Below are positions 35,474 to 46,895 of a stretch of DNA of 64,000 bases, in pieces. The notes under the pieces were generated by a model. The model saw only the letters and a list, made by a program, of their open reading frames with translations. It was not told the origin of the DNA and searched no databases. Within the stretch, counting starts at the first letter, position 1. Each line of letters opens with the position of its first letter. Source of the stretch: an uncultured delta proteobacterium (lineage in GTDB: Bacteria > Myxococcota_A > Polyangia > Palsa-1104); assembly GCA_963785725.1 (NCBI GenBank), contig CAWAWS010000047.1:1-64000 (forward strand), in the 5' to 3' direction. Position numbers and translations under genes: made by a program.

Positions 35474-35677
35474 ATGGCCGGTAGCGATAAGCGCAAACAG
35501 AGCCTGTATTTCCCCGAGGAAATGTTGAAGGAGATTCAGGACGAAGCGGCGCGACAGGATCGCTCGCTCTCTTGGATCGTCCAGAAGGCATGGAAGCTGG
35601 CGCGCAAGGACATTATGAAGTACCCGTCGGTCAATGAATTCCCGGGCGAAGACGACGAGCGCGGCGCCGCCGAGTAA
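35474..35677 (+). CDS. MXAN_4361/MXAN_4362 (TIGR04563) family small protein, ribbon-helix-helix-like
   Basis: DKRKQSLYFPEEML.EI..EA.RQDRSLSWIVQKAWKLAR recognised from memory; GGAGG RBS. Confidence 0.85.
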   Translation: MAGSDKRKQSLYFPEEMLKEIQDEAARQDRSLSWIVQKAWKLARKDIMKYPSVNEFPGEDDERGAAE

Positions 35678-35711
35678 CACCGCTTCCGGCACGGCTCTGC
35701 AACATCCACCG

Positions 35712-36590
35712 ATGATGGTCGACCGGCAAGGCTTCGCGGTCGGCTGCGATGGCACGCCAATTTACTACCGTGTGCGCGGTCCGGTCGACGCGCCCGCGGT
35801 GGTCTTTTGCGACGGCATCGGCTGCGACGGCTACGTCTGGAAGTACCTCGAGCCGGCGCTGGCCGCGACGCATCGCATCGTTCACTGGCACTATCGCGGG
35901 CACGGTCAAACGCCGATGCCGCACTCGCCCCGCCGCGTCGATATCACCGACCTCGCGGACGATTTGGCGGCCGTGCTCGATGCGGCCGTGGGCGATGGTC
36001 ACGACGCCGTGCTCGCCGGCCATTCGATGGGCGTCCAAGTGTGCCTGGAGACGTTCCGGCGGCACAAAGCGCGCGTGCGCGGCCTCGTGCTCATGTGCGG
36101 CAGCTACGGCACGCCGCTGCGAACGTTCAAAGGCAAACGCACGCTCGAGCAGGTGTTGCCGCTCGTTCGCTTCGCGGTCAACCGGCTGCCCGGCATCGCG
36201 CAGCAGATGGTGACGCGGCTCATGCCGACGGAGCTGTCGTATCAGATCGCGACGCGCTTCGAGATCAACGGCGAGCTGATTCGGCGCGACGACTTTTTCC
36301 CCTATCTCGAGCACATGGCGCGCATGAACGTCAGCCTGTTCCTCGAGATGCTGGCGGCGGCGGGACGACACAGCGCGCGCGAGCTGCTCGACCGCGTCGA
36401 CGTGCCGACGCTCATCATCGCCGGCGACCGCGACGGCTTTACGCCTTCGCATCTGTCGGAAGAGATGCACCGCCTCATCGCCGGCTCGGAGCTGCATGTG
36501 GTGCAGAACGGCTCGCACACGGCGCCGATCGAGCGCCCGGCCGAAGTCACCGAGCGCATCGCCGATTTCCTGCGCCTAAATCACGCCTGA
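35712..36590 (+). CDS. Alpha/beta hydrolase
   Basis: YRGHG, GHSMG nucleophile elbow, GDRD, GSH. Confidence 0.9.
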   Translation: MMVDRQGFAVGCDGTPIYYRVRGPVDAPAVVFCDGIGCDGYVWKYLEPALAATHRIVHWHYRGHGQTPMPHSPRRVDITDLADDLAAVLDAAVGDGHDAVLAGHSMGVQVCLETFRRHKARVRGLVLMCGSYGTPLRTFKGKRTLEQVLPLVRFAVNRLPGIAQQMVTRLMPTELSYQIATRFEINGELIRRDDFFPYLEHMARMNVSLFLEMLAAAGRHSARELLDRVDVPTLIIAGDRDGFTPSHLSEEMHRLIAGSELHVVQNGSHTAPIERPAEVTERIADFLRLNHA

Positions 36591-36640
36591 TTCGCAGCTT
36601 CGGTCGTTTTTCGGTACGGCGCTTGAAAGATGAAGCCTGT

Positions 36641-36919
36641 ATGAGAATTCTCATCGCAGGCTTATTCGTGACGCTGGTCGCGGCGTCGAGCGCGCGGGCC
36701 GATGACCAAGCGCCGAATGTCGCGCCGACGGCGCCCGCGCCGGCGCCGATCGGCACGTTGGCGGCGACGGCGTCGCGCGAAGTCGGACAGGTCGTCAGCG
36801 TCGTGCAGGTCGGCGATCCGCGCGAGCAAGCCAACGACGACCGCGAGCGCGCGGCCAACGCCGAGCGCTGTCGCCCGGCGTCGGAGCGCGATCCGTCGTT
36901 GATTCCGCTGGCGCCGTAA
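36641..36919 (+). CDS. Small secreted hypothetical protein
   Basis: Signal peptide MRILIAGLFVTLVAASSARA; fills the intergenic gap. Confidence 0.5.
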   Translation: MRILIAGLFVTLVAASSARADDQAPNVAPTAPAPAPIGTLAATASREVGQVVSVVQVGDPREQANDDRERAANAERCRPASERDPSLIPLAP

Positions 36920-36968
36920 ACGTCGCCGCCGCCACGGCCGCAAACGCGCGGCGTGCTATGGTTTTGGC

Positions 36969-37505
36969 GTGCGCGCGCAGTGGATCCTTCGTATCACTCG
37001 GCTCGTCATCGGCTTGACGTTCGCGGGCGCGATCGGCCTGCTCATTCACCGCTTTCGTCGCACGCCCGAGCAGCAAGAGCTGACGCACTACATCGAGAAG
37101 GAAGTGCCGTCGCTGTTCTCGCTCGAGCAGCCCATCGACGAGCGCATCGAGCGGCTCAACCGCGCGCCCGGGCTGCAGCCGGAGGAGGCGCGCGCCCTGC
37201 TCGTCAACGACATCATTCCGCGGCTCATCGCGCTGCGGCGTCAGGCCGAAGGCTTGCCGCTCGCCACCGACGAGGCCAAGAAGCTCAACAGCGAATACAT
37301 CGGGCTGTTGGCGCAGCTCGTCGACGCCTGCCGCGCGTGCGTGCAGGTCATCGACGATCCCAAGCTGCCCGACGGCGCCGGCTTGGTGCTGGTGCGCGAG
37401 CGCTTCGCCGATATTCGTCGCGCCTATCGAACGTGGAATGGTCATGTGCGCATGGCCTGTGTGCGCCATCGGTTGGCGCCGCCGACGATGCTGCCGCAGC
37501 CGTGA
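36969..37505 (+). CDS. Hypothetical membrane-anchored helical protein
   Basis: N-terminal TM helix; coding-like composition; TATGGT 6 nt upstream. Confidence 0.7.
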   Translation: MRAQWILRITRLVIGLTFAGAIGLLIHRFRRTPEQQELTHYIEKEVPSLFSLEQPIDERIERLNRAPGLQPEEARALLVNDIIPRLIALRRQAEGLPLATDEAKKLNSEYIGLLAQLVDACRACVQVIDDPKLPDGAGLVLVRERFADIRRAYRTWNGHVRMACVRHRLAPPTMLPQP

Positions 37506-37525
37506 CGGCGGGCGCCCGTTTGACG

Positions 37526-38308
37526 ATGTCCGCGGCGCTGCGCGCGGGCTGGCGCGACCTGTGGCGCTGGCCGGCGCCGACGCTGCTGGCGCTGACGACG
37601 GCGATGGCCGGCATGCTCGCCTGGCGCGCCACGTGGACGGCCGTGCGCCTGGTCGTCGCGGCCGCGCCGCATCGCGCGTCACCGTCATTTCCGCTGCTCG
37701 CTCACGTCGTCACCGTCGTCGTCGCGGGCGGCGCGTTGGCGACGCTGCTCGTCGACGTCGGGCGCGCCGTGGCGCTGTCGGCCTACGCCGGCACGCCACC
37801 GCCGCTCGGCCGGCGCGGCACGCTCGTCGGTCCGTTGGGCCGGGGCCTTCTGCGAACGCCGGCGATGGTGAGCGTGCGCGCCGTCGAGCTCTTCGTGTAC
37901 GCAACGCTGGCGATCGCCGAGCTCGCGATCCTCGCGCACCTCGAGCCGCGGCTGCACGCGACGCCGGCGCAACGCGCGCTCGTGACGACGCTGCTCGTCG
38001 CGCCCGCCCTCGTCGTCGCGCTCTATCTGTTCGCGGCGGCGCGCGTGGCGCAGACGCTGATCGCGCGCGGTCTCGGCGCGGCGACGGCGCTGACGCACGG
38101 CCTCGACGTCGCGCTGCGCCGGCTGCACACCTTACTGCGTCTGGGCCTGACGGCGAGCCTGTGGACGGCGCCGCTGTGGATCTCGGCGCTCGTTCTGTCG
38201 TCGTGGGCGTCGCCGCTGGCGGCGTCGCTCGTGGCCTTGGCGATCGTCTGGAGCTACGCGGCGCTCGTCCGCGTCGTCGGGGCCGACGGCCGGCTGCGCG
38301 GCGGCTGA
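37526..38308 (+). CDS. Hypothetical integral membrane protein (about 6 TM)
   Basis: Multiple hydrophobic segments. May start at GTG 37502, overlapping the upstream stop. Confidence 0.65.
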   Translation: MSAALRAGWRDLWRWPAPTLLALTTAMAGMLAWRATWTAVRLVVAAAPHRASPSFPLLAHVVTVVVAGGALATLLVDVGRAVALSAYAGTPPPLGRRGTLVGPLGRGLLRTPAMVSVRAVELFVYATLAIAELAILAHLEPRLHATPAQRALVTTLLVAPALVVALYLFAAARVAQTLIARGLGAATALTHGLDVALRRLHTLLRLGLTASLWTAPLWISALVLSSWASPLAASLVALAIVWSYAALVRVVGADGRLRGG

Positions 38309-38309
38309 A

Positions 38310-38990
38310 TCAGCTTTGGGCGGCGAGGTGCAGCGTCGCGCTGGTGCGCGCCGGCTGCGCGTAAAACAGGAAGTTCACCAGCGCCGGCTCGACGCCGTAA
38401 CGCTCGACGTAGTCGCCGCTGACGGCATTCGGATGCGGCTTGTCGACGAGCCCGAAGTCGAGATGCTCGATGTCGCTGGCCTCGATGAGATCGACCACGG
38501 CGCGCATGCGCTTGAGCAGCTTGCCGTCGTACACGCCGGGCTGGGGCAGCTCGCGCAGGACATAGCCGCCGTCGCCGGGCACGCGATCGAGCTCGAGGGC
38601 GACCTCTTGCACCGTCGCCAAGCGGCCGACCGTCGACAAATGCACGCGCAGGTAGCGCTCGCGCACGTGATCGTCCTCGGGCGGCGACAGACCATCGCGC
38701 ACCTCGAGCAGCGACGGCGTGCGACCCAAGCAGAGGATCCAAATGTAGTGACAGAGATCGTCGGGACCGCCCGGACGCAGCCACGTCGGCGCTTTGGTCG
38801 CCGTCGACAAGGCGCGCGTCAGGCCCTGCGCCTCACGCTGCGGGATGCCGGCGCGAAAGCGCGCTTCGTCGTCGGGCTGCCCCCACGTGTTGTCGGGATA
38901 GACGGCGCGCATCACGTCGCCGATCATTTGGCGCTGCGGTCCTTTGTGCGACTCGCAACCGCCCTCTAGCTTGCAACTGGAGCAGCCCAC
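38310..38990 (-). CDS. Hypothetical protein with an N-terminal CxxCx5CxxH motif
   Basis: GCSSCKLEGGCESH; globular composition; TATGCT 6 nt upstream of the GTG. Confidence 0.7.
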   Translation of the reverse strand: MGCSSCKLEGGCESHKGPQRQMIGDVMRAVYPDNTWGQPDDEARFRAGIPQREAQGLTRALSTATKAPTWLRPGGPDDLCHYIWILCLGRTPSLLEVRDGLSPPEDDHVRERYLRVHLSTVGRLATVQEVALELDRVPGDGGYVLRELPQPGVYDGKLLKRMRAVVDLIEASDIEHLDFGLVDKPHPNAVSGDYVERYGVEPALVNFLFYAQPARTSATLHLAAQS

Positions 38991-39156
38991 GCGACGAGCA
39001 TAGCGCATTGCCTCGAGATAGCCAGCGACGGTGCGGGCGCGAACGACGATGACGACGCAGCGCGGCAACCCAGGCGGGCCTCGAATTTCGCACCCGCGGC
39101 ACTCATGGCTGCCCGAACGATTGTCCCATCGGGTATTTTGTGGGCCGGAGGGCCGT

Positions 39157-42100
39157 ATGCCGAAGCACCGATCTAGCTTGCGCCAGGCTCTATACGCGAC
39201 GATCTTCGTTCTTCTCAGCGCTTGTGGTGGCAAGAGCTGTTCCTGTGTCGCGCCGATCAAAGGCGGCTTTCCCGTCGCCAAACGGCACGAGAATGCGATC
39301 CAGGTGCGCGCCACGGCGTCGGCCTTCGACTTCATCGGCAAGAACGGCGCGACGCTCATCCCCGGCATCATCGGCGGCAACATGTTCACCATTCCGCCGA
39401 CGTGCACGGGCACGACGCCGATCTGCTGCGCGACGCCCAACGAGGTCTGCCAGCTCAGCTTCGACTTCAAAGATCTATCGCTCACGCCGACGGCGCCGAG
39501 CTCGATCCACTTGTCGACGGATCTCGTGGTCAAGACGGTGATGCCGCTGCCAGTCACCATCCCGCTCGCCGGCGCCTGCACGATCACGATCGACACGACG
39601 CTGGGCACGCCGCAGACGCTGAACGCGACGGCCGATCTGACGTTCGCCGTCGACAAGACCAGCGACACGACGGCGCTGAGCGCGTCCAACGCCGCCGTCA
39701 CGGTGCAGGACGACGCCATCACCATCTCGGGTGGCATCGGCTGCGACGTGCTGTCGCTCGTCAAGCCGATCGTCGTCGACGTCTTGCAAGGCGTCATCGC
39801 CAACGAGCTGCAGACGCTCATCGGCGGCGTCGCCTGCCAGACCTGCACGACGCAGGACGATTGCAACGCGTTCGCCACCGCCTGCACCAACGGCAAGTGC
39901 GTCGAAGCGGACGGCACGACCTGCGTTCCGTCGCTCGGGCTCGAAGGCAACGTCGACGTCGGCTCGCTCTTGGCTTCGTTCGCGCCGACGCTGAAGGCGA
40001 ACATGGACTTCCTCGCCGTCACCGGCGGCTACGCGGCGGCCGACACCGGCCTGTCGCTCGGCCTGCTCGGCGGCGCGCAGGGCGATCCCCACAACGACTG
40101 CGTGCCGGTCACGACGCCGCCGGCGGTGCCGACGGTGACGCAGTCGCCGACGTTCTACACCGACGTGCTGCCCGACAAGGCGACGCCGTATCACGTCGGC
40201 ATCGGCATCCACGTCTCGGAGCTGAACACGATCGGCTGGGGCGCGTTCGACTCGGGCGCCTTGTGTTTGCAAGTGGGCACCAAGCAAGTGTCGCTCCTGT
40301 CGTCGTCGACGCTGGGCATCGTCATGCCGTCGCTGCAGGATCTGACGCACACGGCGAACGCGCCCATGTATCTGCAGCTGAAGCCGGCGGCGGCGCCGGT
40401 GTTCACGCTCGGCAAAGGCACGTTCACGACCGACGCCAACGGCCAAACGGTCGTCGCCGACGCGCTGCTCAACGTCGGCTTGCCCGGCCTCAGCATCGAC
40501 TTCTACGCCTTCGCCGACGACCGCTTCGTGCGCATCCTGACCTTGACCGCGGACGTCAATTTGCCGCTGTCGCTCGAGGTCGATCCGGTCGCCGGCACGC
40601 TCTCGCCGGTGTTCGGCAACCTGGGCACCGCGTTCCAGAATGTGCGGGTCACGAACTCGGACCTGCTCGCCGAGTCGCCGCAGCAGCTGGCGATGGCGTT
40701 CCCGACGCTGCTCGGCGTCGCCATCGGCGGGATCGTCGGCAACCTGAAGAACATCGCGCTGCCGGCGATCGCGGGGCTGCAGATTTCACCCATCGCCATC
40801 ACCTCGACCGATCCGAACGCGCAAGGCGTGGCGCAGTTCTTCGCCATCTTCGCCAACCTGGCGCTTCCGGCGACGACGCCGGCGCTTCGCCCGGCCGCGG
40901 CGCTGGCGACGACGATGACGACGGCGACGCTGTCGAAGCTGGAGCTGCCGCCGACGCGTGAGTTCGCCGTCACCGGACGTGGCACGACGCAGCCGACGGC
41001 GCACGTCGCGGTCGCCGCCAACGGCGCGGGCCCGTTCGAGTTCGCCTGGTCGCTCGACGGCGGGCCGTGGTCGCCGTTCACCGCCGGCGCCGAGCTCGTC
41101 GTGCAGCATCCGACGCTGTGGCTGCAAGGTCGCCACACGCTCGACGTACGCGGTCGCGTCGTCGGCGCGCCGAGCTCGTTGGGCGCGCCGGTGCGGCTGC
41201 CGCTCATCATCGACACCATCGCGCCCACCGGTCGCCTCGACATCGCCGGCGACGAGCTCGTCGTCGCGGACGCCGCCGACAACGTCTCGCCCGTCGACGC
41301 GCTGCAGCTGCGTTTTGCCGTCAGCGGCGGCGCCTTCGGCGAGTGGCAGACGACGACGCGCGCGACGCTGCCGGCCGGCACGAACGCCGCGCAGCTGCAC
41401 GTGCAGTTGCGCGACGAAGCCGGAAACGTCGCCGACCTGAGCGCGCAAGACAGCGGTCAAACGGCGGCGAGCGGCTGCAGCGTCGGCGGTCACGGCGGCG
41501 ACGCGTCCCTGCTGGCGTTGGCGCTCGTGGTCGTCGCCCTCCTCCTGCGTCGCCGCCGCGCGGCGCTTTCGGCAGCCGCGCTCGTCGTCTGCGCTCTCGG
41601 CTTCGTCGCCGGCGGCTGCTCGAGCAAGACGAGCGGGCTCACCAAAGGCGACTTCGCGAACCCGCAAGACGAGATTGGCCGCTACTCCGACGTCGTCGTC
41701 GACGGCGCCGGCACCATCCACGCCAGCGCCTACGACGACAACTACGGCGATTCCGTCTACACGACCATCCTGCCGAGCGCGATCTCCGTCACGCCCAGCT
41801 GGCAGGTCATCGACGGCGTCGACACGACCCAGCCGCCGGAAATGAAGGGCGGCTACCGCTTCGGCATCACCGACGCCGGCGACGACGTCGGGCAGTACAC
41901 GTCGCTGGCGCTGACGAGCGCGGGCAAGCCGCGCATCGCCTACTACGACGCCACCAACCACGCGCTCAAGTTCGCGCTCGGGCCGCACCCGTTCAAGACG
42001 TTCGCCGTCGACACCGCCAGCGGCAACGAGGACGTCGGCCGCTACGCCGCCCTGTCGCTCGACAAGCACGACGTGCCGTCGATCGCCTACGTCGCCACCA

Positions 42101-43013
42101 ACATCCCCGACGGCGACGGCTTCAAGTCCGAGCTGCGCGTGGCCACCGCCAAGTCGTCGAGCCCGAGCTCCGCGAGCGACTGGACCATCAGCGTCGCCGA
42201 CACGGCGCCCATCACCTGCGCCGGCTTGTGCGCGGCCGGCAGCGCCTGCATCACGCCGGCGATGGTCAACGGCATGACGAACACCGACGCGTCGCTCTCG
42301 ACGTGCGTGCAGATCGTCAGCGGCGCCTGTCCGACCGCCTGCGCGAGCACGCAAGCGTGCATCAACGCCGCCTGCACGACGTTCAATCCGCCCGTCGCCG
42401 CGCCCGATCTCGTCGAGGGCATCGGCCTCTTCGTCAACGCGCTCCGCAACGCCGCCGGCAACCTCGTCCTCGTCTACTACGACAAAGAAGAGGGCGATTT
42501 GAAGACGGCCACCGAGTCGAACGGCGCCTGGACGAGCAGCTTCCTCGACGGGCCGACCGCCGGTACGTCGACGTCGGCCAGTTCGCCTCCGCCGCGCTCG
42601 CCAGCGACGACACGCTGCACGTCTCGTACGTCGACGCCACCAACGGCACGCTCCTGTACAAGCAGGTCGCGCCCGGCGTCGCGCCTTCGGCGACCGCCGA
42701 GATTGTCGACGACGGCACGCGCAGCGACGGCACGCAACACGCCGTCGGCGCCGGCGTCAACCTCATCCTCGACGCGAGCTCGGTCCCGAGCGTCGTCTAC
42801 CAAGACCAAACCCTGTCCGACCTCGAGAAGGGCACGATGACAGGCGGCAGCTGGACGCACGCCGACTTGAACACGGGCGGCGCCGGCTACGGCTTCTACG
42901 CGCGCCAGATTCTGGCCGCCGGCAAGCTCTACTTGGTCGACTTCGTCTACGATCGCGACAACGGCGCGGCGTCGCCGCTCGGCACGCTGCAGTTCTCGAT
43001 CAGCGCGCCCTGA
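39157..43013 (+). CDS. Large secreted lipoprotein with an internal MYXO-CTERM and a second lipobox; -1 frameshift near 42565
   Basis: LLSAC lipobox; SGCSVGG..LLALALVVVALLLRRRR; LVVCALGFVAGGCSS; DVG.Y.SLAL...G.P.IAY repeats continue in frame 41067-43013. Confidence 0.8.
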
Positions 43014-43608
43014 GCCCGTCGAGGAGCAGCGTCATCAGATGCTGCTTCCACGTCTGCGGCTGCGACCGGCGCTCGTCGAGGAACAGCGCGTGCGAGTGGC
43101 GCGCCGCCGTCAAGAAGCACACGATCGAAGTGACCGACAAGACCGTCATCGCCGGATCGAGATCGCGCAGCTCACCGGCCGCGATGCCGCTCTCGATGAG
43201 CTTACGCGCGTGATAGTGAATCTGCCGAAACAGCTCCGGCCGCTCCTTCCAGAGCGACTTCAGATGCTTCGCCCCGTCGAGCAGCTCGCGCACGAGCACG
43301 TCGGCGAAGCGCGGATGCTCGATGAGCAGATCGAAGTAGCGACCGAACGCCTCCAGCGTCTGCTGCTCGCCCGAGGCCGCCGGCAGCTCGTCGAGGATGT
43401 GGCTCATCTGCTCGTAAATACTCTGTAATACCGCGCGATACAGGCCCTTCTTCGAGCCGAAGTGATAGTAAATCATGCGCACGTTGAGCTTCGTGCGCCG
43501 CGCGATGCGATCGATGCGCGCGCCGGCAAAGCCAGCGCCGGCGAACTCCTCCGCCGCGCCATCGAGGAGGCGATCGTGGCTCGACTCTTTGTTCGCCGCG
43601 GAAGGCAA
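43000..43608 (-). CDS. TetR/AcrR family transcriptional regulator
   Basis: EFAGAGFAGARIDRIA...NVRMIYYHFGSKKGLY; TTG 43608 lies 7 nt after TAGCAT. Confidence 0.88.
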   Translation of the reverse strand: MPSAANKESSHDRLLDGAAEEFAGAGFAGARIDRIARRTKLNVRMIYYHFGSKKGLYRAVLQSIYEQMSHILDELPAASGEQQTLEAFGRYFDLLIEHPRFADVLVRELLDGAKHLKSLWKERPELFRQIHYHARKLIESGIAAGELRDLDPAMTVLSVTSIVCFLTAARHSHALFLDERRSQPQTWKQHLMTLLLDGLRAR

Positions 43609-43750
43609 CGGGGCGATGCTATTCGCCAGGCGCGCGGAAGCCAACAGCAAATCAATTTCCGGGCAGAACCCCACACATGCGGGTGCTCGTAGGCGCTAGT
43701 GTGTAGATTTTATTGAATTTTTTGGCGTGCAAAAACACCAAAATCCGCTA

Positions 43751-43764
43751 CTGTAAAATTACAG
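43751..43764. promoter_or_regulatory. Palindromic operator candidate CTGTAA-aa-TTACAG
   Basis: Perfect 6-bp inverted repeat in an AT-rich gap, overlapping TAAAAT and abutting the AGGAG RBS. Confidence 0.45.
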
Positions 43765-43774
43765 GAGTGATTCA

Positions 43775-44149
43775 GTGCGTGTAATGGCCCTCACCATGTT
43801 TCTCGCGCTCTCGGCGGCTGGCTGCGCCACGATGTCGTCGTCCTCGTCGTCTCCGGAGAGCGTGAACGACAAGCTGACGATCGCCGTGAAATCGGCGCCG
43901 CCGACGGACAAGGCCGAAGACGCCAAGCCCACCGCGCCCGGCTTCGGCTTCATCTGGGTCGCCGGCTATTGGGACTACCTCGACGGCAACTACATCTGGC
44001 GTGACGGCCGCTGGATGCAGGGCAAAGCGGACTACGAGTACGTCCGCGCCCGCTACGAGCACGACGGCCAGGGCTGGGTCTTCCACCGCCCGCACTGGAA
44101 GCGCCGGCACGCCGGCAACACGTCGATGCAGCAAGCCGCCGCGAAATAA
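43775..44149 (+). CDS. YXWGXW-repeat lipoprotein
   Basis: SAAGC lipobox; FIWVAGYW, YIWRDGRW, WVFHRPHW; AGGAG RBS. Confidence 0.8.
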   Translation: MRVMALTMFLALSAAGCATMSSSSSSPESVNDKLTIAVKSAPPTDKAEDAKPTAPGFGFIWVAGYWDYLDGNYIWRDGRWMQGKADYEYVRARYEHDGQGWVFHRPHWKRRHAGNTSMQQAAAK

Positions 44150-44171
44150 TCGGCCGACTGTTTCGCGCGCC

Positions 44172-45515
44172 TTAGCTGTTGCGCCGCAGGACGGCGGCGA
44201 AGAAGCCGTCGGTGTCGTGCACGTGTGGCAAGAGGCGTAACCGTTGACCGTCGCCGATGGCTTCGGCGCGCGCTTTGCCGAGGATCTCCTTGGCGGACAC
44301 GGGCGTGAAGCTCGGGTTGGCGGCCAAGAAGGCGTCGACGATGGCGTCGTTCTCGGACGCGCCGACGGTGCAGGTGGCGTAGATGAGCCGTCCGCCGGGC
44401 GCGACCAAGGGCGCGTATCGCGTCAGGATTTGCCGCTGCTTCGCCGGCAGCTCGTCGAGATCGGCCGCGCTCAACCGCCAGCGCGCCTCGGGGTTGCGAC
44501 GCAAGGTGCCGAGGCCGCTGCAGGGCACGTCGCACAAGACGCGATCGGCGCGGCCGTGCAGCGCCAGCTCTTCGTCGACGGGGAGCTGCTCGTCGACGGC
44601 GACGGCGTGCACGTTGGTGAGCCCGGCGCGTCGCGCGCGCGTGCGGAGCTCCTCGAGCTTGCGGTCACCGATGTCGAAGGCGACGAGGCGGCCGCGATTG
44701 CCGAGCAGCGCGCCCATGGCCAGCGTCTTGCCGCCGGCGCCGGCGCACGCGTCGACGACGACGCCGCGGGGCGGCGGCGCGACCAGCTCGGCGATGAGCT
44801 GACTGCCCGCGTCCTGCAGCTCGAAGCGACCGGCCTTGAAGGCCGCGAGGCCGTAGGCGTTCACGTGCGTCAACAGCTCGAGCCCGTCGTTGGCCAGCGG
44901 CGACGGCTTGGTCGGCACGCGCTCTTCGGACAAGTAAGCGGCCAACTCTTCGCGCGTGTTCTTGAGCCGATTGGCGCGCGCCACGAGCGGCGCGCGGCGA
45001 TTCATCGCCGCCAACAGCGCCTCGGCATCGGCGCGACCGCGCTCGGCCACGAGGCGCTGCACGAGCCACGTCGGATACGACAGCGCCGTGCCCGCGCGCT
45101 CGTCGAGATCGGCGATGGTCGCCAAGCGATCGTCGACGTCGGCGATGCGCGCCGGATCGAGCCCGTTGACGCGCAGCTCGCTCTCGATCAGCGCCTCTTC
45201 GGGAAATTCCGTACGCATCCAGGCGAGATAGAGCTGCAGCGCGCTGGCGTCCGGCTTTCCCGTCGCGAACGCCAGGCGGCGCCGCCAGCGGATGAGGCCG
45301 TACACCGCCTCACCGACGAATCTTCGCTCCGCCGAGCGCAATTCACGTGCGCCTCGGAAAGCGCGCCCTAATGCTTGTGGGGCGAGCCCCCAATCACGGG
45401 CGGCGAGGGAGTAGATCTCGACGACGCGGCGTCGAACGTTACCGTCGCGTGCAGCGCCGGCGACGGCGACGCGGTGCGGCGTGTTTCCATCAGGTAAAAT
45501 CGGTTGACTGCTCAC
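44172..45515 (-). CDS. RsmB/NOP family RNA m5C methyltransferase (start uncertain)
   Basis: LQDAGSQL, DACAGAGGKT, DVPCSGLGTLRRNPE, YATCT..EN, TDGFF. Confidence 0.9.
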   Translation of the reverse strand: MSSQPILPDGNTPHRVAVAGAARDGNVRRRVVEIYSLAARDWGLAPQALGRAFRGARELRSAERRFVGEAVYGLIRWRRRLAFATGKPDASALQLYLAWMRTEFPEEALIESELRVNGLDPARIADVDDRLATIADLDERAGTALSYPTWLVQRLVAERGRADAEALLAAMNRRAPLVARANRLKNTREELAAYLSEERVPTKPSPLANDGLELLTHVNAYGLAAFKAGRFELQDAGSQLIAELVAPPPRGVVVDACAGAGGKTLAMGALLGNRGRLVAFDIGDRKLEELRTRARRAGLTNVHAVAVDEQLPVDEELALHGRADRVLCDVPCSGLGTLRRNPEARWRLSAADLDELPAKQRQILTRYAPLVAPGGRLIYATCTVGASENDAIVDAFLAANPSFTPVSAKEILGKARAEAIGDGQRLRLLPHVHDTDGFFAAVLRRNS

Positions 45516-45543
45516 GTATCGGCTGCTTAGAAAGGAACCCACC

Positions 45544-46887
<1,344 letters not shown>

Positions 46888-46895
46888 ATCGTCAG

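Noticed and set aside
38991..40022. N-terminal extension of the 570-aa minus-strand ORF
   Set aside because: It is antisense to the large lipoprotein gene; only 38310-38990 looks coding.
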